From Octopus vulgaris (lineage: Eukaryota): a stretch of 64,000 bases of DNA. Under the pieces are notes generated by a model, which was not told the DNA's origin, did no database searches, and worked only from the letters and a program-made list of their open reading frames with translations. A program made the translations under genes and the position numbers. The stretch is taken from contig OX597836.1 in NCBI GenBank assembly GCA_951406725.2, positions 31,806,001 through 31,870,000 on the forward strand, given 5' to 3'. This document shows, one piece after another, positions 1 through 11,859 of the stretch (positions are counted from its first letter, which is position 1; every line of letters starts with the position of its first letter).

Positions 1-111
1 TGTTGGGTAAGTATGAAAGGCCAGATTTGTGCAAAACAACATCAATGATGGACAACAAACAATTCAGAACTTTGATCAAATCATCCTTTTCAAAATATTC
101 AATGTAACATT

Positions 112-418
112 TTAGAATTTTCTATGCGCCCTTTTCAAGCCTAGCCAGGCTCATGGACCCAGTTTCCTGGTTTCTGTGGCTTATGTATTCCCCCCAGCTA
201 GATGGGACACCAGCTTTACTCAAGAAACAGGAAGAAAGAGTGAGAGAAAGTTGGGGCGAAAGAGTACAACAGGGGTCGCCACAAACCCCTGCAGGAGCCT
301 CATGGAGCTTTAGGTGTTTTCGCTCAATAAACACACACAACGCCTGGTCTGGGAATTGAAACCGCGATCCTCTGACCGTGAGTCCGCTGCCCTAACCACT
401 GGGCCATTGCGCCTCCAC
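112..418 (-). mobile_element. tRNA-derived SINE (family C here)
   Basis: Minus strand begins GTGGAGGCGCAATGGCCCAGTGGTTAGGG (A box) ... GGTTTCAATTCC (B box); 12-bp TSD caatgtaacatt at 100-111 and 419-430; related copies at 1183, 17280 and 61587. Confidence 0.85.
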
Positions 419-859
419 CAATGTAACATTCAAAAAAAAAAAAAAAAAAAAAAAGAAAATGAAACAATAACTTACCATTATTCCAAAGAGGGCAAAAATT
501 CTTCTGTTGAATTTTCTTTTCTATAACAAAGGGAAAAAACAATTAAAATCACTCATATATCATGTGTCATATATATGTGTGTGTTATGTGTGTGTGTGTG
601 TAGGAGCAGGTATGGGTAAGTGATCGAAAAGTTTGCTTTCCAGGCACATGGTCTTGGGTTTAATCCCACAGCACCTTGGTCAAATCTTTGGTCATAACCC
701 TGGGCAGATCGTAATTTCGTGAGTGGATACATATATTGTTTATTATATATATGAGTGTGTGTATGTGTGTGTGCATGTGTGTGTGTGTGTGTGTGGGTTA
801 CATGTGTATGTATTCTAATCCACAATGGAATCGATTACCAAAACTTCCATATGGTATGC

Positions 860-1800
860 TTGTGCAATTGTGAAGATCTCTGGACATGAAACTATTGACA
901 ACTTTACATAGTTGTCCTTATCCCTTCCCATTGCATGAGCAAACCAGCAGGGGTCTTCTCTTTTACACACTGCATTTGATTCCTCTTATGGCCATGCATT
1001 CTCCACATTTATTATCCTTTCATAGTAGCACAGCCATGCCTCTTTTCAGAATTCCCAAATGCAAGTGCACCATTTTCCATCCACACACACACTTTTCACC
1101 CAAAACACTTTGATTCTTTCAGACACACTGCCTTGCAATCTGGAACATCTCACACAGCCGATTCCTATGCAGTATAACATTGTTTTTTTCTGTTTGTTCC
1201 TTCTCAAGCCATGCCTGGCTCATAAGGGCCAGTTTCTCGGTTTCTTGGTGTATAGGTTCCCTACCTGGATGGGACACCGGTCCGTCGCAGGTGAGCTGCA
1301 AGATGCAGGAGGAAAGAGTGAGAGAAAGTTGTGGTGAAAGAGTCAGCAGAAGTTCGCCATTACCTTCTGCCGGAGCCGTGTGGAGCTTAGGTGTTTTCAC
1401 TCATAAACACACACATTGCCCAGTCTGAGATTCAAACCCATGATCCCTCGACCGTGAGTCCGCTGCTCTAACCACTAGGCCATGTGCCTCTACTGTAGAA
1501 CATTGGCAAATTCCTTGCTTACCGCTTCTCTCTTCACTATTTCAAACTATTGCTTAGCTTCTCATCCAGCTACATAATTCATTCCTTTGCTACTTCCATT
1601 TTACCAATCTTTCCAAGCCTGCATCTTAGCTTTAACGATGACTGTCTATTCCTCTGTTCCCCTACCACATCATGCTTGGCCTAGTTGGAACTTGGCTCTA
1701 GCAACAGATTTCTTCCATTGCTCTCTGTAGGTTGTCCTGAAGGAATTTCCAGTTCTCCTCTTTGTCTATACATCTCTATTGCTTCCTCCTCTTTCTCATC
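860..1800 (-). mobile_element. Highly decayed RTE-like LINE remnants interrupted by a SINE
   Basis: Stop-riddled minus-strand translations (e.g. AKMQAWKDW*NGS near 1600-1635) resemble RTE ORF segments; recognised from memory only. Confidence 0.35.
1183..1493 (-). mobile_element. tRNA-derived SINE family C
   Basis: Same head and body as 112-418 with a different 3' tail. Confidence 0.8.
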
Positions 1801-1862
1801 ATCAAATACCTCAACAAGTACTTCTCAAATTTTTTTTAATATTCATTGGATCTTTAAGCCTC

Positions 1863-1897
1863 ACATACATACATACATAGATACATGCATGAATGCA

Positions 1898-1931
<34 letters not shown>

Positions 1932-2210
1932 CATAAATACATACATACATACATACATGCATACATACATACATTACATTACATACATACATGCATACAT
2001 ACATCAAACATACATACACACATAAAAACATACATACATACAAACATTCATGCATACATACATACATACATACATACATACATACATACATACATACATA
2101 CATACATACAGAAACATACACAAACGGAGTAACATAGGCATCGCATGGACACACATGCTCAAACACACACACATATACACTCACATACACACACTCACAG
2201 ACACACACAC
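1863..2210. repeat. (ATAC)n/(AC)n microsatellite
   Basis: Direct reading. Confidence 0.95.
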
Positions 2211-2764
2211 GCCACTGTTTATACTATGAATGCCACAGAGTATTAATTAGCATCTTATGATTTTATTGTTTCTTTATCATTGTTAGTTCCTAATTAGATG
2301 AGTAAACTAAAAGAAGAACCGAAACCAACAAGAGGAACAAAACCACCCCACCCTTGACTCCCTGCCATTCTCTCTTCCCCCACACCAGTCAGCTTATCTT
2401 CATGATTTCTACCTGTATTCTATTAAAACCTAATCAACTGACTTCACTGTTTACTTACAGAATTAGGTATTCAGCACACATCTTTTTACCTTTGAGAATC
2501 ACTTAAAAAGGTTGGGAAAAAAAAAGCACAAATGACAAAACAATATTAGATCTTTAATTAGCAAGTTTATTTCAATGGCTTTAATTTATTTAAGAAAATC
2601 GCAGAGCTTTGTATGCATCAGACTTTGTCTTTCACCTTCTTTTTCTTGTTTACTTCATTGGGCTGTGGCCATGCTGGGGTAGTTGATCCCAAGTTTTTTC
2701 TACTGCACTAAGTGATGGGGACATAAACACACTAACACTGGTTGTCAAACAGAAGTGGACGACA

Positions 2765-2998
2765 AAGGCGGCGAGCTGGCAGAAACGTTAGCATGCCGGG
2801 TGAAATGCTTAGCTGTATTTCGTCTGTCTTTACGTTCTGAGTTCAAATTCCGCCGAGGTCGACTTTGCCTTTCATCCTTTCAGGATCAATAAATTAAGTA
2901 CTAGTTATGCACTGGGGTCGATATAATCGACTTAATCTGTTTATCTGTCCTTGTTTGTCCCCTCTATGTTTAGCCCCTTGTGAGCAATAAATAAAGAA
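2765..2998 (+). mobile_element. tRNA-derived SINE family B (Meta/MESC-like core)
   Basis: aaggcggcgagctggcagaa...gagttcaaattcc (B box) then gtcgactttgcctttcatccttt...aagtac, a core resembling the Sauria/MetaSINE central domain as I recall it; many copies in the window. Confidence 0.8.
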
Positions 2999-3058
2999 AA
3001 AGTGGAAGGCAAAGATACACACACACACACACAAGCATAGGCTGTGTGGTAAGTGTAG

Positions 3059-3372
3059 GCACAAGAATGGCTGTGTGGTAAATCGCTTGCTTACCAACCA
3101 TATGGTTCCAGGTTCAGTCCCACCTCATGGCACCTTGGGCAAGTGTCTTCTGCTATAGCCTTGAGCCGACCAAAGCCTTGCGAGTGGATTTAGTAGACAG
3201 AAACTGAAAGAAGACTATCATATATATGTGTGTGCATGTGTGTGTGTGTGTGTGTGCGTGTGTGTGTGTGTGTGTATGCATGTGTGTGTGAGTGCCTTTG
3301 TGTCTATTTGTCCCCCACAACTACATGACAGCTTAGCAGTTCAGCAGAAGAGGCTGACAGACTAAATAAGCA
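3059..3372 (+). mobile_element. SINE family A (tRNA head, internal microsatellite), partial
   Basis: tggctgtgtggtaa...ggttcagtccca head and conserved body. Confidence 0.75.
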
Positions 3373-3375
3373 AAA

Positions 3376-3448
3376 TAGATAGATAGATAGAGAGAGAGCG
3401 ACAGAGAAAGGGAGAGGGAGACAGAGAGAGAGAAAGAGAGAGATAAAT

Positions 3449-3489
<41 letters not shown>

Positions 3490-3510
3490 TAGATAGATAG
3501 ATAGATAGAG

Positions 3511-3580
<70 letters not shown>
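3376..3580. repeat. (AGAT)n/(AT)n/(AG)n compound microsatellite
   Basis: Direct reading. Confidence 0.95.
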
Positions 3581-3913
3581 ATATGACAAGCTTCTGCCGA
3601 CCAATTTCTCTCAAATTATTAACCTGGAAACCAATAACCACTAGAAGCTTATAACTATGTGGTTAAAAAGTGAGCTTATTAACCACATAATGTTAAATAT
3701 AAATAGGAAAGGCACTAAACAATGGCTTCAAATTTTGGCACAGGGCCAGCAGTGTTTGAAGTCAATTTCTTTGACTCCAATACTTGACTGTTACTTATTT
3801 GATCCACCCCAAAAGGAAGAAAGGCAATGCTCACAGAGGAATTTCAGCTTAGAATGTAAAGACAAAAAAATTTTCTCCACTGGGACATTAAATGATGACG
3901 ATAATGATGATGA

Positions 3914-3963
<50 letters not shown>

Positions 3964-4225
3964 TTCTTTATTACCCACAAGGGGCTACACACAGAGCAGA
4001 CAAACAAGGACAGACAAACGAATTAAGTCAATTACATCGACCCCAGTGCGTAACTGGTACTTAATTTATCGACCCTGAAAGGATGAAAGGCAAAGTTGAC
4101 CTTGGCGGAATATATATATATTTGGGCCAACAAGCTTTTTAGGTCTGATGATGCACCATCAAGTTAAACCCTTTATGGACGGGAGACCTAAGGTAATCCC
4201 ATAAACCAGCCTTTCCCATTTTTGA

Positions 4226-4264
<39 letters not shown>

Positions 4265-4269
4265 TTGTA

Positions 4270-4800
4270 TGTGTAAAGTAACAGTTTAGAAAAAAACCAT
4301 TGATTCCATATCTAGTGTAAACTAGACATATCTTCAGTATTTCTAAATGATAACTGTTCTCTGCAAAGAATGTTTTTTTTTATTTTTAATACAAGAGCAC
4401 TGGTGATAGTTAAAAAAATATTCCTCTTAAAAAATTATGGCCGAGCAAGTTGTCTTTCTTTGCTTGATGGCTAGATTTTTCCAATTTTGAAGTAAAAATT
4501 TCTGAAAATGTGGACAACTCCTTATGGCTTCTTTCCTGGAGTTCAGGTAGCCTCCTGGCTCATGTGAGTTCATAAGGATTATAAATTTTTCTGCTATTCT
4601 CAATTTACATAGGTTTCTAATAATTTCCACCTAATGTTAAAGGGTGTGTGATTGTCCTTTAAGCGCCATATGTATCCTGTGAGTGTCATTGTGTTGCATC
4701 TCTCCAGGACCCTGAAAGAAGATCTGTGGTTGTTCGGGCAAATTTTTAATTTGGATTCACAATATCCGGCATTAATTTTAGTGTGTGTCCCTGTGTAACG
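4270..4800 (-). mobile_element. Decayed Penelope-like element 3' end (GIY-YIG remnant plus downstream HHR)
   Basis: Frameshifted ORFs 4600-4812 (NNHRSSF...GYIWRLKD...FNIRWK) and 4427-4630 (CKLRIAEKFII...YLNSRKE...CPHFQKFLL) match C-terminal motifs of PLE GIY-YIG endonucleases. Confidence 0.7.
4285..4347 (-). ncRNA. Degenerate type I hammerhead ribozyme
   Basis: tttagaaata CTGAAGA tatgtctag-tttaca-ctagatatg GAA tcaatggt T tttttctaaa: stems I and II pair, stem III damaged. Confidence 0.6.
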
Positions 4801-4801
4801 A

Positions 4802-4990
4802 ATTTTTGCCAACTTAATGTGGCAGTCCCATTTTGGGGTAAACGCTACTGTTGTTTAACCCCAGGAGACTATAATACACATGATCTGGGTTCTTATATTT
4901 TTGAACTGAGGAGGTTAGCACCCCCACCCAGCACAAAGCAGTATCTGTGGACCATATGGTTTCAGGGTTATTTCCTTTTGTTGGCACAGA
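4802..4990 (-). mobile_element. Short repeat with an HHR-like motif (copy 1 of 3)
   Basis: Related copies at 5147-5349 and 7417-7563; HHR-like fold at 4944-4990. Confidence 0.7.
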
Positions 4991-5146
4991 ATAACTTTTC
5001 AGCTTAGATGGCGCTGCTAAACACCTGTTTGAAAATATATATAATTTTCTAAGTGACTCACAGTTACTGATCTATTAAAATAGAAAAATAGTTGTTCCTA
5101 AATCTCTCTAAGAGAGATATTCAGTAGCAGCACTTTAAAGTAACAA

Positions 5147-5349
5147 TTTTTTACCAACCAAATGCGGCAGTTCCATTTTGGGGCGAATGCTACTGTTGTT
5201 TAACCCCAGGAAACACTGTCTCCAGCTGGTTATATGACACATGATCTGTGTCCTTATATTTCCGAACAGGGGAGGTTAGCACCCCCACCCAGCACAAAGC
5301 AGTATCCATGGACCATACGGTTTCAGGGTTATTTCCCTTTGTCGGCACA
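5147..5349 (-). mobile_element. Short repeat with an HHR-like motif (copy 2)
   Basis: tgtg CCGACAA aggg-aaataa-ccct GAA accgtatggt C catg at 5307-5349. Confidence 0.7.
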
Positions 5350-5974
5350 AAAATGTTCTGTGTCTTGTAGAAGTATAACTAATTTATTGCACATAAATTT
5401 CAGCAACAAATTACTTATGTGGATTCCAAAGGGTCATATGGGCCTTGGTTGAGAAACACAGCTGTAGAGGAATGGGAAAAAATATATTGGGTTCTCACAA
5501 ATTTGGAGTGCTTTGATGATTATAAATCTCCCGTATTAGGACTAACATTGGGCTAACCAAAATCAATAAGAACAATAATAGAATGCAATGTTTTGCAGAG
5601 ACTTATTTGGCCTGCCAGAGGAAGTCAGAGATTAAAGGTGATATATACAATGATAATTTTTCCACTTATTAAGCAATAATAGATTCAATCTTCAGAATAC
5701 AAGCCTAGTTTATCAATCTATTAGTTGTCATTATAGTCCATTAACGAAGGCTGTCAAACATATATTACTAGCTTCGATGATGAATTGAACATTTCACCTC
5801 GTTTTAAATAAATTACATAGAATAAGTATTTGTTATTATTTATTGATAAATAATTTGCTGCTGAAATTATATAAACGCACAACACACGCACACACACACA
5901 CAATTTCATATATAAATATACATATATATATATAAATAATAAGAAAATTTACTCTTGATATATATATATATATA

Positions 5975-6259
5975 TGCCAGCACCGCCTCGACTGGCTTCC
6001 GTGCCGGTGGCACATAAAATACACCAATCTGACCGTGGCCGTTGCCAGCCTCGCCTGGCACCTGTGCAGGTGGCACGTAAAAAGCACCCACTACACTCAC
6101 GGAGTGGTTGGCGTTAGGAAGGGCATCCAGCTGTAGAAACATTGCCAGATTAGACTGGAGCCTGGTGCAGCCTTCTGGCTTCCCAGAACCCCGGTCGAAC
6201 CGTCCAACCCATGCTAGCATGGAGAACGGACGTTAAACGATGATGATGATGATGATGAT
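5975..6259 (+). mobile_element. (GAT)n-tailed retroposon family E
   Basis: ggtggcacgtaaaaagcacc subrepeats, ggttggcgttaggaagggcatccagctg motif, (GAT)n tail; further copies at 9445, 14335, 16092, 32578, 33660 and 51724. Confidence 0.75.
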
Positions 6260-6485
6260 ATATAAGAAATATTGAATTTCTAAATCTCTCGTAGAGACAT
6301 GTACGGTGGTGGGGCGATAGAATGGTTGTATACTGTCAATCTAACAAGAACGTGACAGTAGGGGGTACACCACCGTTGTATAGCCCTAGGAGGCATCGAA
6401 CGCCTCCAGACAGCTTCGACACATTTTTTCCTTGTGTCCTTATATACATATACGAAGGGGAGACAAACACCCCCGGCCGTCGGAA

Positions 6486-6543
6486 CTGCATCTAGGGACA
6501 CCGTGTTTCAGGATCATTGTCCTTCATCGGCCTAGAGTAGCAG
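6486..6543 (-). ncRNA. Type I hammerhead ribozyme (U4C core variant)
   Basis: Reverse complement of 6867-6924. Confidence 0.8.
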
Positions 6544-6866
6544 ACACCGGTCGGCTGGTGATATTTGCCTCGTCTTCATAATTGTATATATATATACTCA
6601 GTGAAGTTTATTCACTGGTTATCAAAATAAGAAATATTGAATTTCTAAATCTCTCGTAGAGACATGTACGGTGGTGGGGCGATAGAATGGTTGTATACTG
6701 TCAATCTAACAAGAACGTGACAGTAGGGGGTACACTACCGTTGTATAGCCCAAGGAGGCATCGAACGCCTCCTGACAGCTTCGACACATTTTTTCCCTGT
6801 GTCCTTCACTGAGTATACATATATACAATTATGAAGTCGAGGCAAATATCACCAGCCGACCGGTGT

Positions 6867-6924
6867 CTGCTACTCTAGGCCGATGAAGGACAATGATCCT
6901 GAAACACGGTGTCCCTAGATGCAG
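6867..6924 (+). ncRNA. Type I hammerhead ribozyme (U4C core variant)
   Basis: ctgctac-tctagg CCGATGA agga-caatga-tcct GAA acac-g-gtgt C cctaga-tgcag: stem I tctagg/cctaga, stem II agga/tcct, near-palindromic stem III, GUC cleavage triplet. Confidence 0.8.
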
Positions 6925-7089
6925 TTCCGACGGCCGGGGGTGTTTGTCTCCCATTCGTATATGTATATAAGGACACAGGGAAAAAATGTGTCGAAGCTGT
7001 CAGGAGGCGTTTGATGCCTCCTAGGGCTATACAACGTTGGTGTACCCCCTACTGTCACATTCTTGTTAGATTGACAGTATACAACCATT

Positions 7090-7134
<45 letters not shown>

Positions 7135-7294
7135 TAAAACGGTAAGATAACAAAAGAAAGAAAGAGACCTCAATATTATGTAAATAGAGGAAATTTATCT
7201 ATAAAATAATATGTTACTTTACTCGATAGTCAAGATAAAACTCTGAGTTTCAGATGCCGAAGTGGGAATCCACAACGCCATCTCTTCGATGATG

Positions 7295-7371
<77 letters not shown>

Positions 7372-7416
7372 GTATATGTGTATATATATGTGTGTCTATA
7401 TGTATATATATATAAT

Positions 7417-7563
7417 GATTTTTTGCCAACCTAATGTGACAGTCCCATTTTGGGGTGAATGCTACTACTGTTTAGCCCCAGGAGACACTGACTCCAGCTG
7501 GTTATATGACACATGATTTGTGTCATATTTCCGAACAGGGAAGGTTAGCACCCCTACCCAGCA
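7417..7563 (-). mobile_element. Truncated third copy of the 4802/5147 repeat, between (TA)n tracts
   Basis: Sequence similarity to 5147-5294. Confidence 0.7.
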
Positions 7564-7646
7564 TATTTATATATGTATATGTGTGTATGTATATGTATAT
7601 ATATATATATATATATATTTTATATATGTGTGTGTCTATATGTATG

Positions 7647-7693
<47 letters not shown>

Positions 7694-7782
7694 CAATTAA
7701 ATTAATTAATTTATCAATCAATTAATTAATAATTTTACCAAGTAGATTGGTATGTTAAAATAACCTTTATAGGTAAAATTAG

Positions 7783-7926
7783 ACAAGTATTTTATAATTA
7801 TAAACATAATTATAATTAGGGTTCAGCTAATTGCTTCACCACATACCGAATTTAGAAATTTGGTATGTGGTGATGCAATTAGCTGAACCCTAATTATAAT
7901 TATGTTTATAATTATAAAATATTTGT
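7783..7926. repeat. Near-perfect inverted repeat, ~70-bp arms
   Basis: acaagtattttataattataaac...cataccgaattt vs aaatttggtatg...ataattataaaatatttgt. Confidence 0.9.
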
Positions 7927-7968
7927 ATATGTGTATATATACATATATATATATATATCAATATATAT

Positions 7969-8265
7969 AAACAATTGCAGCATGGAAGGTGTTTGTAAAC
8001 CATTTAAAAACACACAAGAACCAATAGATTCACTTCAACATTTAAATTTAATTTGTCAAAATATTTTCTTCCCTTTGAAACTGCGACCTGTTCACTGATA
8101 AAATTCCATGCTGCATCTCAGAACTTTGTCAGTGAACAGGTCACAGGTCACAGTTTCAAAAAGAGGAAAATATTTTGACAAATTAAATTTAAATGTTGAA
8201 ATAAAATTAACGGTTTTTGTGTGTTTTTAAATGACTTATAAACACTTTCCACACTGCAATTGTTT
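7969..8265. repeat. Imperfect inverted repeat, ~135-bp arms
   Basis: 7969-8105 vs 8122-8265. Confidence 0.85.
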
Positions 8266-8926
8266 TTGTTTCAGCACACGATCTCAGATCAGGTCACTTG
8301 CAATGGAAGTACATCTCCATAATATATATTGCAAAATCAATAACCCAACGCAAAACTCACTACATGCATGTTTCAGAATAAAGTGTTGGCTGAGTATAGA
8401 GTGGTAATAAGAAAAAGAGAAGACTAGGAATAAATGATTATCTTGTGACATTCAGTAGCTAACAACTGTTTCTGCTATGAGATGCAGTAGACTTATAGTT
8501 TCAGTGCCTGAATAGCACCTTATAGCTTCATTGGAACCTTGAATATGAAGTGCAATTTATTTGAGAAACAGGATGCTTTTTTTCCATCTGGCACCAGCAC
8601 TAGTGAGGTAACTGAGTTACTTGTAAGACAACAAAATACCTTGTGACTGAGTGGGTATATAATAGAAAAGAAGGTGACTAGGGAGAAGCACAGATGTTTT
8701 GATGCATAGAGTAGATGCATGGCTACCTTACATGAGATAAGGGCAAGTGGGAATAGCAGGAAAGAAGATAAAACACAAGAAATCCCAAAGACATCAAACT
8801 GAAAATGAAATCCAACTCAGTAAAACATGTGTTCAAATTATGTGACTAACAATATTATGTATCACTATTTCATTACCATCAACGTCAGTATTGAGTTACA
8901 CAACTTAAAAGCTTACAGTAGTATTA

Positions 8927-9136
8927 TACTCTTTTACTTGTTTTAGTCATATTACTGCGGCCATGCTGGAGCACTGCCTTTAGTCAAGCAAATTGACCCA
9001 GGACTTATTCTTTGGAAGCCTAGTACTTATTCTATCAGTCTCTTTTTGCCGAGCCGCTAAGTTACAGGGACATAAATACACCACTGTTGGTTGTCAAGCG
9101 ATGTTGGGGTGGACAAATGCAGACACACAAATATAT

Positions 9137-9209
<73 letters not shown>

Positions 9210-9361
9210 TACATATATACAATGGGCTTCTTTCAGTTTCCGTCTACCAAATCCACTCACAAGGCTTTGGTTAGTCCGAGGCTATAGTTGAAGACACTTG
9301 CCCAAGGTGCCACACATGTGGTTGGTAAGCAAGCTACTTACCACGCAGCCACTCCTGTGCC
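8927..9361 (-). mobile_element. SINE family A, near full length
   Basis: tRNA-like head, internal (TA/TG)n, gtaaaagag tail. Confidence 0.85.
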
Positions 9362-9444
9362 TATATATCTCAAATCCTTTTAAATCAAAATTTATTTAGC
9401 ACATACTTTCCTTTAAAAGCAAGATAATTCTATACTGTTAAGAC

Positions 9445-9790
9445 CAATCCTGCTGCTGGTGTAAAGCACTTGTGGCGCTGTCATGTAAAAATGCCATATA
9501 GAAGCATCCATGTGGTGTCATGTAAAATCACCCATGCTGTGCCATGTGAAAGCACCCATGTTGGTGACATGTAAAAGTGCCTCTGCAGCGCCACATAAAA
9601 GCACCCAGTGCACTCTGTAAAGTGTTTGGTGTTAGGAAGGGCATCCAGCTATAAAAACCATGCCAAAACAGACTAGACTTTGGGGCAGCCCCTCAGCTTG
9701 CCAGCTCTGGTCAAACCATCCAACCCATACCAGCATGGACAACGAACATTAAATGATGAAGATGATGATGGTGATGGTGATGATGATGAT
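9445..9790 (+). mobile_element. Retroposon family E, diverged
   Basis: Tandem tgtaaaagcacc subrepeats, ggaagggcatccagct motif, (GAT)n tail. Confidence 0.7.
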
Positions 9791-10571
9791 ATACACTTTC
9801 TAAAACTGTGAGAGATAATAATAACCCAAAGTGCCATAGAGTGGGACTGAACCCAAGACTGCATGGTTGGGAAACAAGTTTCTTAACCACACATGTATAT
9901 ATCATCATCATCATCATCATTGTTTAACGATGATCTTCCAGGCATGATGATAACAATGATGATGATGATGTGTGTGCACGGGTGAGTGTGTGTGTATGTG
10001 CACAGACGTGCGCGTGTGTGTGTGAAAGTATGCATGTGTGTGTAAAGTTTAGGTCACAAGGTCAAACACAAGAAGGTCAAACATGTAAAGGCCAAACTGA
10101 AATGACCCAAAACTCAGCTTGTAAAACTGAATCTCTGGAATACTGAATTTTGAAATATGTTGGTTGAGGGAAAAAAAAAATCAAACTTAAAAAAAGAAAA
10201 AAGAAATAACCCATTTATTTACAATTTTAAAAAAAGATGTTTATTCTAGAAACATAGAATGACATTTCTTCTTTGAAATCAAACTACATCAGAATAACTA
10301 TTTTAGAAGAAAAACAATCTTAAAAAAATTTATTTGCTGTTTGAGAATGAAGTCTATTTGAGAAGCTACCATATTTACTCATTTTATTGAGTCACATCAG
10401 AATAATTATTTTGGGGGAAATATGGAAAAAAATAGGGTAAAAAACATTTATTTACAGTTTAAAATTGAAGTCTATTTAAGAAACAAGAATTATTTTTTTT
10501 ATTTTGTTTTGTCAAAATAACAAAGACAAGCGAGATGCATTGGACACATTTATTTATAAAAAACATTTTTT

Positions 10572-11345
10572 CTCTTTTACTTGTTTCAGTCATTTGACTG
10601 CGGCCATGCTGGAGCACCGCCTTTAATCGAGCAACTCGACCCCGGGACTTATTCTTTTGTAAGCCCAGTACTTATTCTATCGTTCTCTTTTGCCGAACCG
10701 CTAAGTAACGGGCACATAAACACACCAGCATAGGTTGTCAAGCAATGCTAGGGGGACAAATACAGACTCACACACATACATATATATATATACTAGCAGT
10801 ATCGCCCGGCGTTGCTCAGGTTTGTAAGGGAAATAACTATAAAGCATTTTTAGAGAGTTATAGCCAAAAAATAGCAAAAAAATGGGAAAAAAATGATGGT
10901 AAATTTTTTTTTGAGAGTTAAAAAAGGTGGAGTTGCATCCCCTAGACGGTCTGTGGTTTGGGTTTCTGATTCTCGACCCCATGTCGAATTTATCGATTTT
11001 GTTCAGAACTGGGGAACTTTTCAAAATTTTCGCTGCGTTAGTTTTGAATTATGACATTGGGCTATGTGTGTGTCAAGTTTCATCAGAATCGGTTGAAAGC
11101 CGTGGTCAGAGTGAGGGTACAAGAAAACAGACACACAGAAAACGCACAGACAAACTGACGTTTATATAGAGAGAGATATATACGACAGGCTTCTTTCAGT
11201 TTCCGTCTACCAAATCCACTCACAAAGCATTGGTCGGCCCGAGGCTGTAGCAGAAGACACTTGCCCAAGATGCCACTCAGTGGGACTGAACCCGGAACCA
11301 TGTGGCTGGTAAGCAAGCTACTTACCACACAGCCACTCCTGCGCC
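10572..11345 (-). mobile_element. SINE family A interrupted by a Helitron
   Basis: Both SINE halves flank 10793-11176. Confidence 0.85.
10793..11176 (-). mobile_element. Non-autonomous Helitron
   Basis: Minus strand starts TC(tctctatataaa), ends with hairpin cctgagc-aac-gccggg then CTAG; inserted between A and T inside the SINE's (TA)n, no TSD. Confidence 0.75.
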
Positions 11346-11859
11346 TTTATTTATAGAAAACATTTTTTCTCTTTTACTTGCTTCAGTCATTTGACTGTGG
11401 CCATGCTGGAGCACTGCCTTTAGTCGAGTAAATCGACCCCAGGACTTATTCTTTGTAAGCTCAGTACTTATTCTATCGGTCTCTTTCGCTAGAGCAGAAG
11501 TAGTTGGGGAGCATCATAGCTATATGTTGAGAGGAATTCTTTGGGATTTGGATAATTCACCTTTGGAAACTTGGGTGTTTTTTTCAACATCTTCAAACAA
11601 CTCTTTTTCAGGGTCCTTTTGAGTGGAATGGGCTACTTGACCTGAAGAAAATTCTAACTGGTCCCCATCTGCAAGCTCCTGTACTGTTTATCTTGACATA
11701 AGGTCAGACAGAATTTATTGAGGCAGATTTTCTACAGCCAAATACCTTTCCTGGCCATCACTGCGGACAGGAAATGAAGGCCTTATATAAAGGTGACAGC
11801 TGTTTATAACTAGAATGTAACATCAAGACAAAGTGATGCACATACAATGTGCTATCATA

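Larger units (their letters stand above)
6262..7090. mobile_element. Retrozyme-like / non-autonomous Penelope-type element: 365-bp unit in partial tandem plus inverted copy
   Basis: Unit 6262-6626, partial repeat 6627-6806, and 6804-7090 is the reverse complement of 6320-6606; flanked by TA repeats; carries HHRs. Confidence 0.8.

Noticed and set aside
4140-4220. CTGATGA-containing possible HHR
   Set aside because: No convincing GAAA or stem pairing
6280-7145. Duplicate 73-78-aa ORFs MSLDAVPTAGG...
   Set aside because: GTG-start frames within the inverted HHR repeat; no recognisable domain
11490-11710. Repeat-like block after a SINE tail
   Set aside because: Single occurrence in window with no identifiable motif
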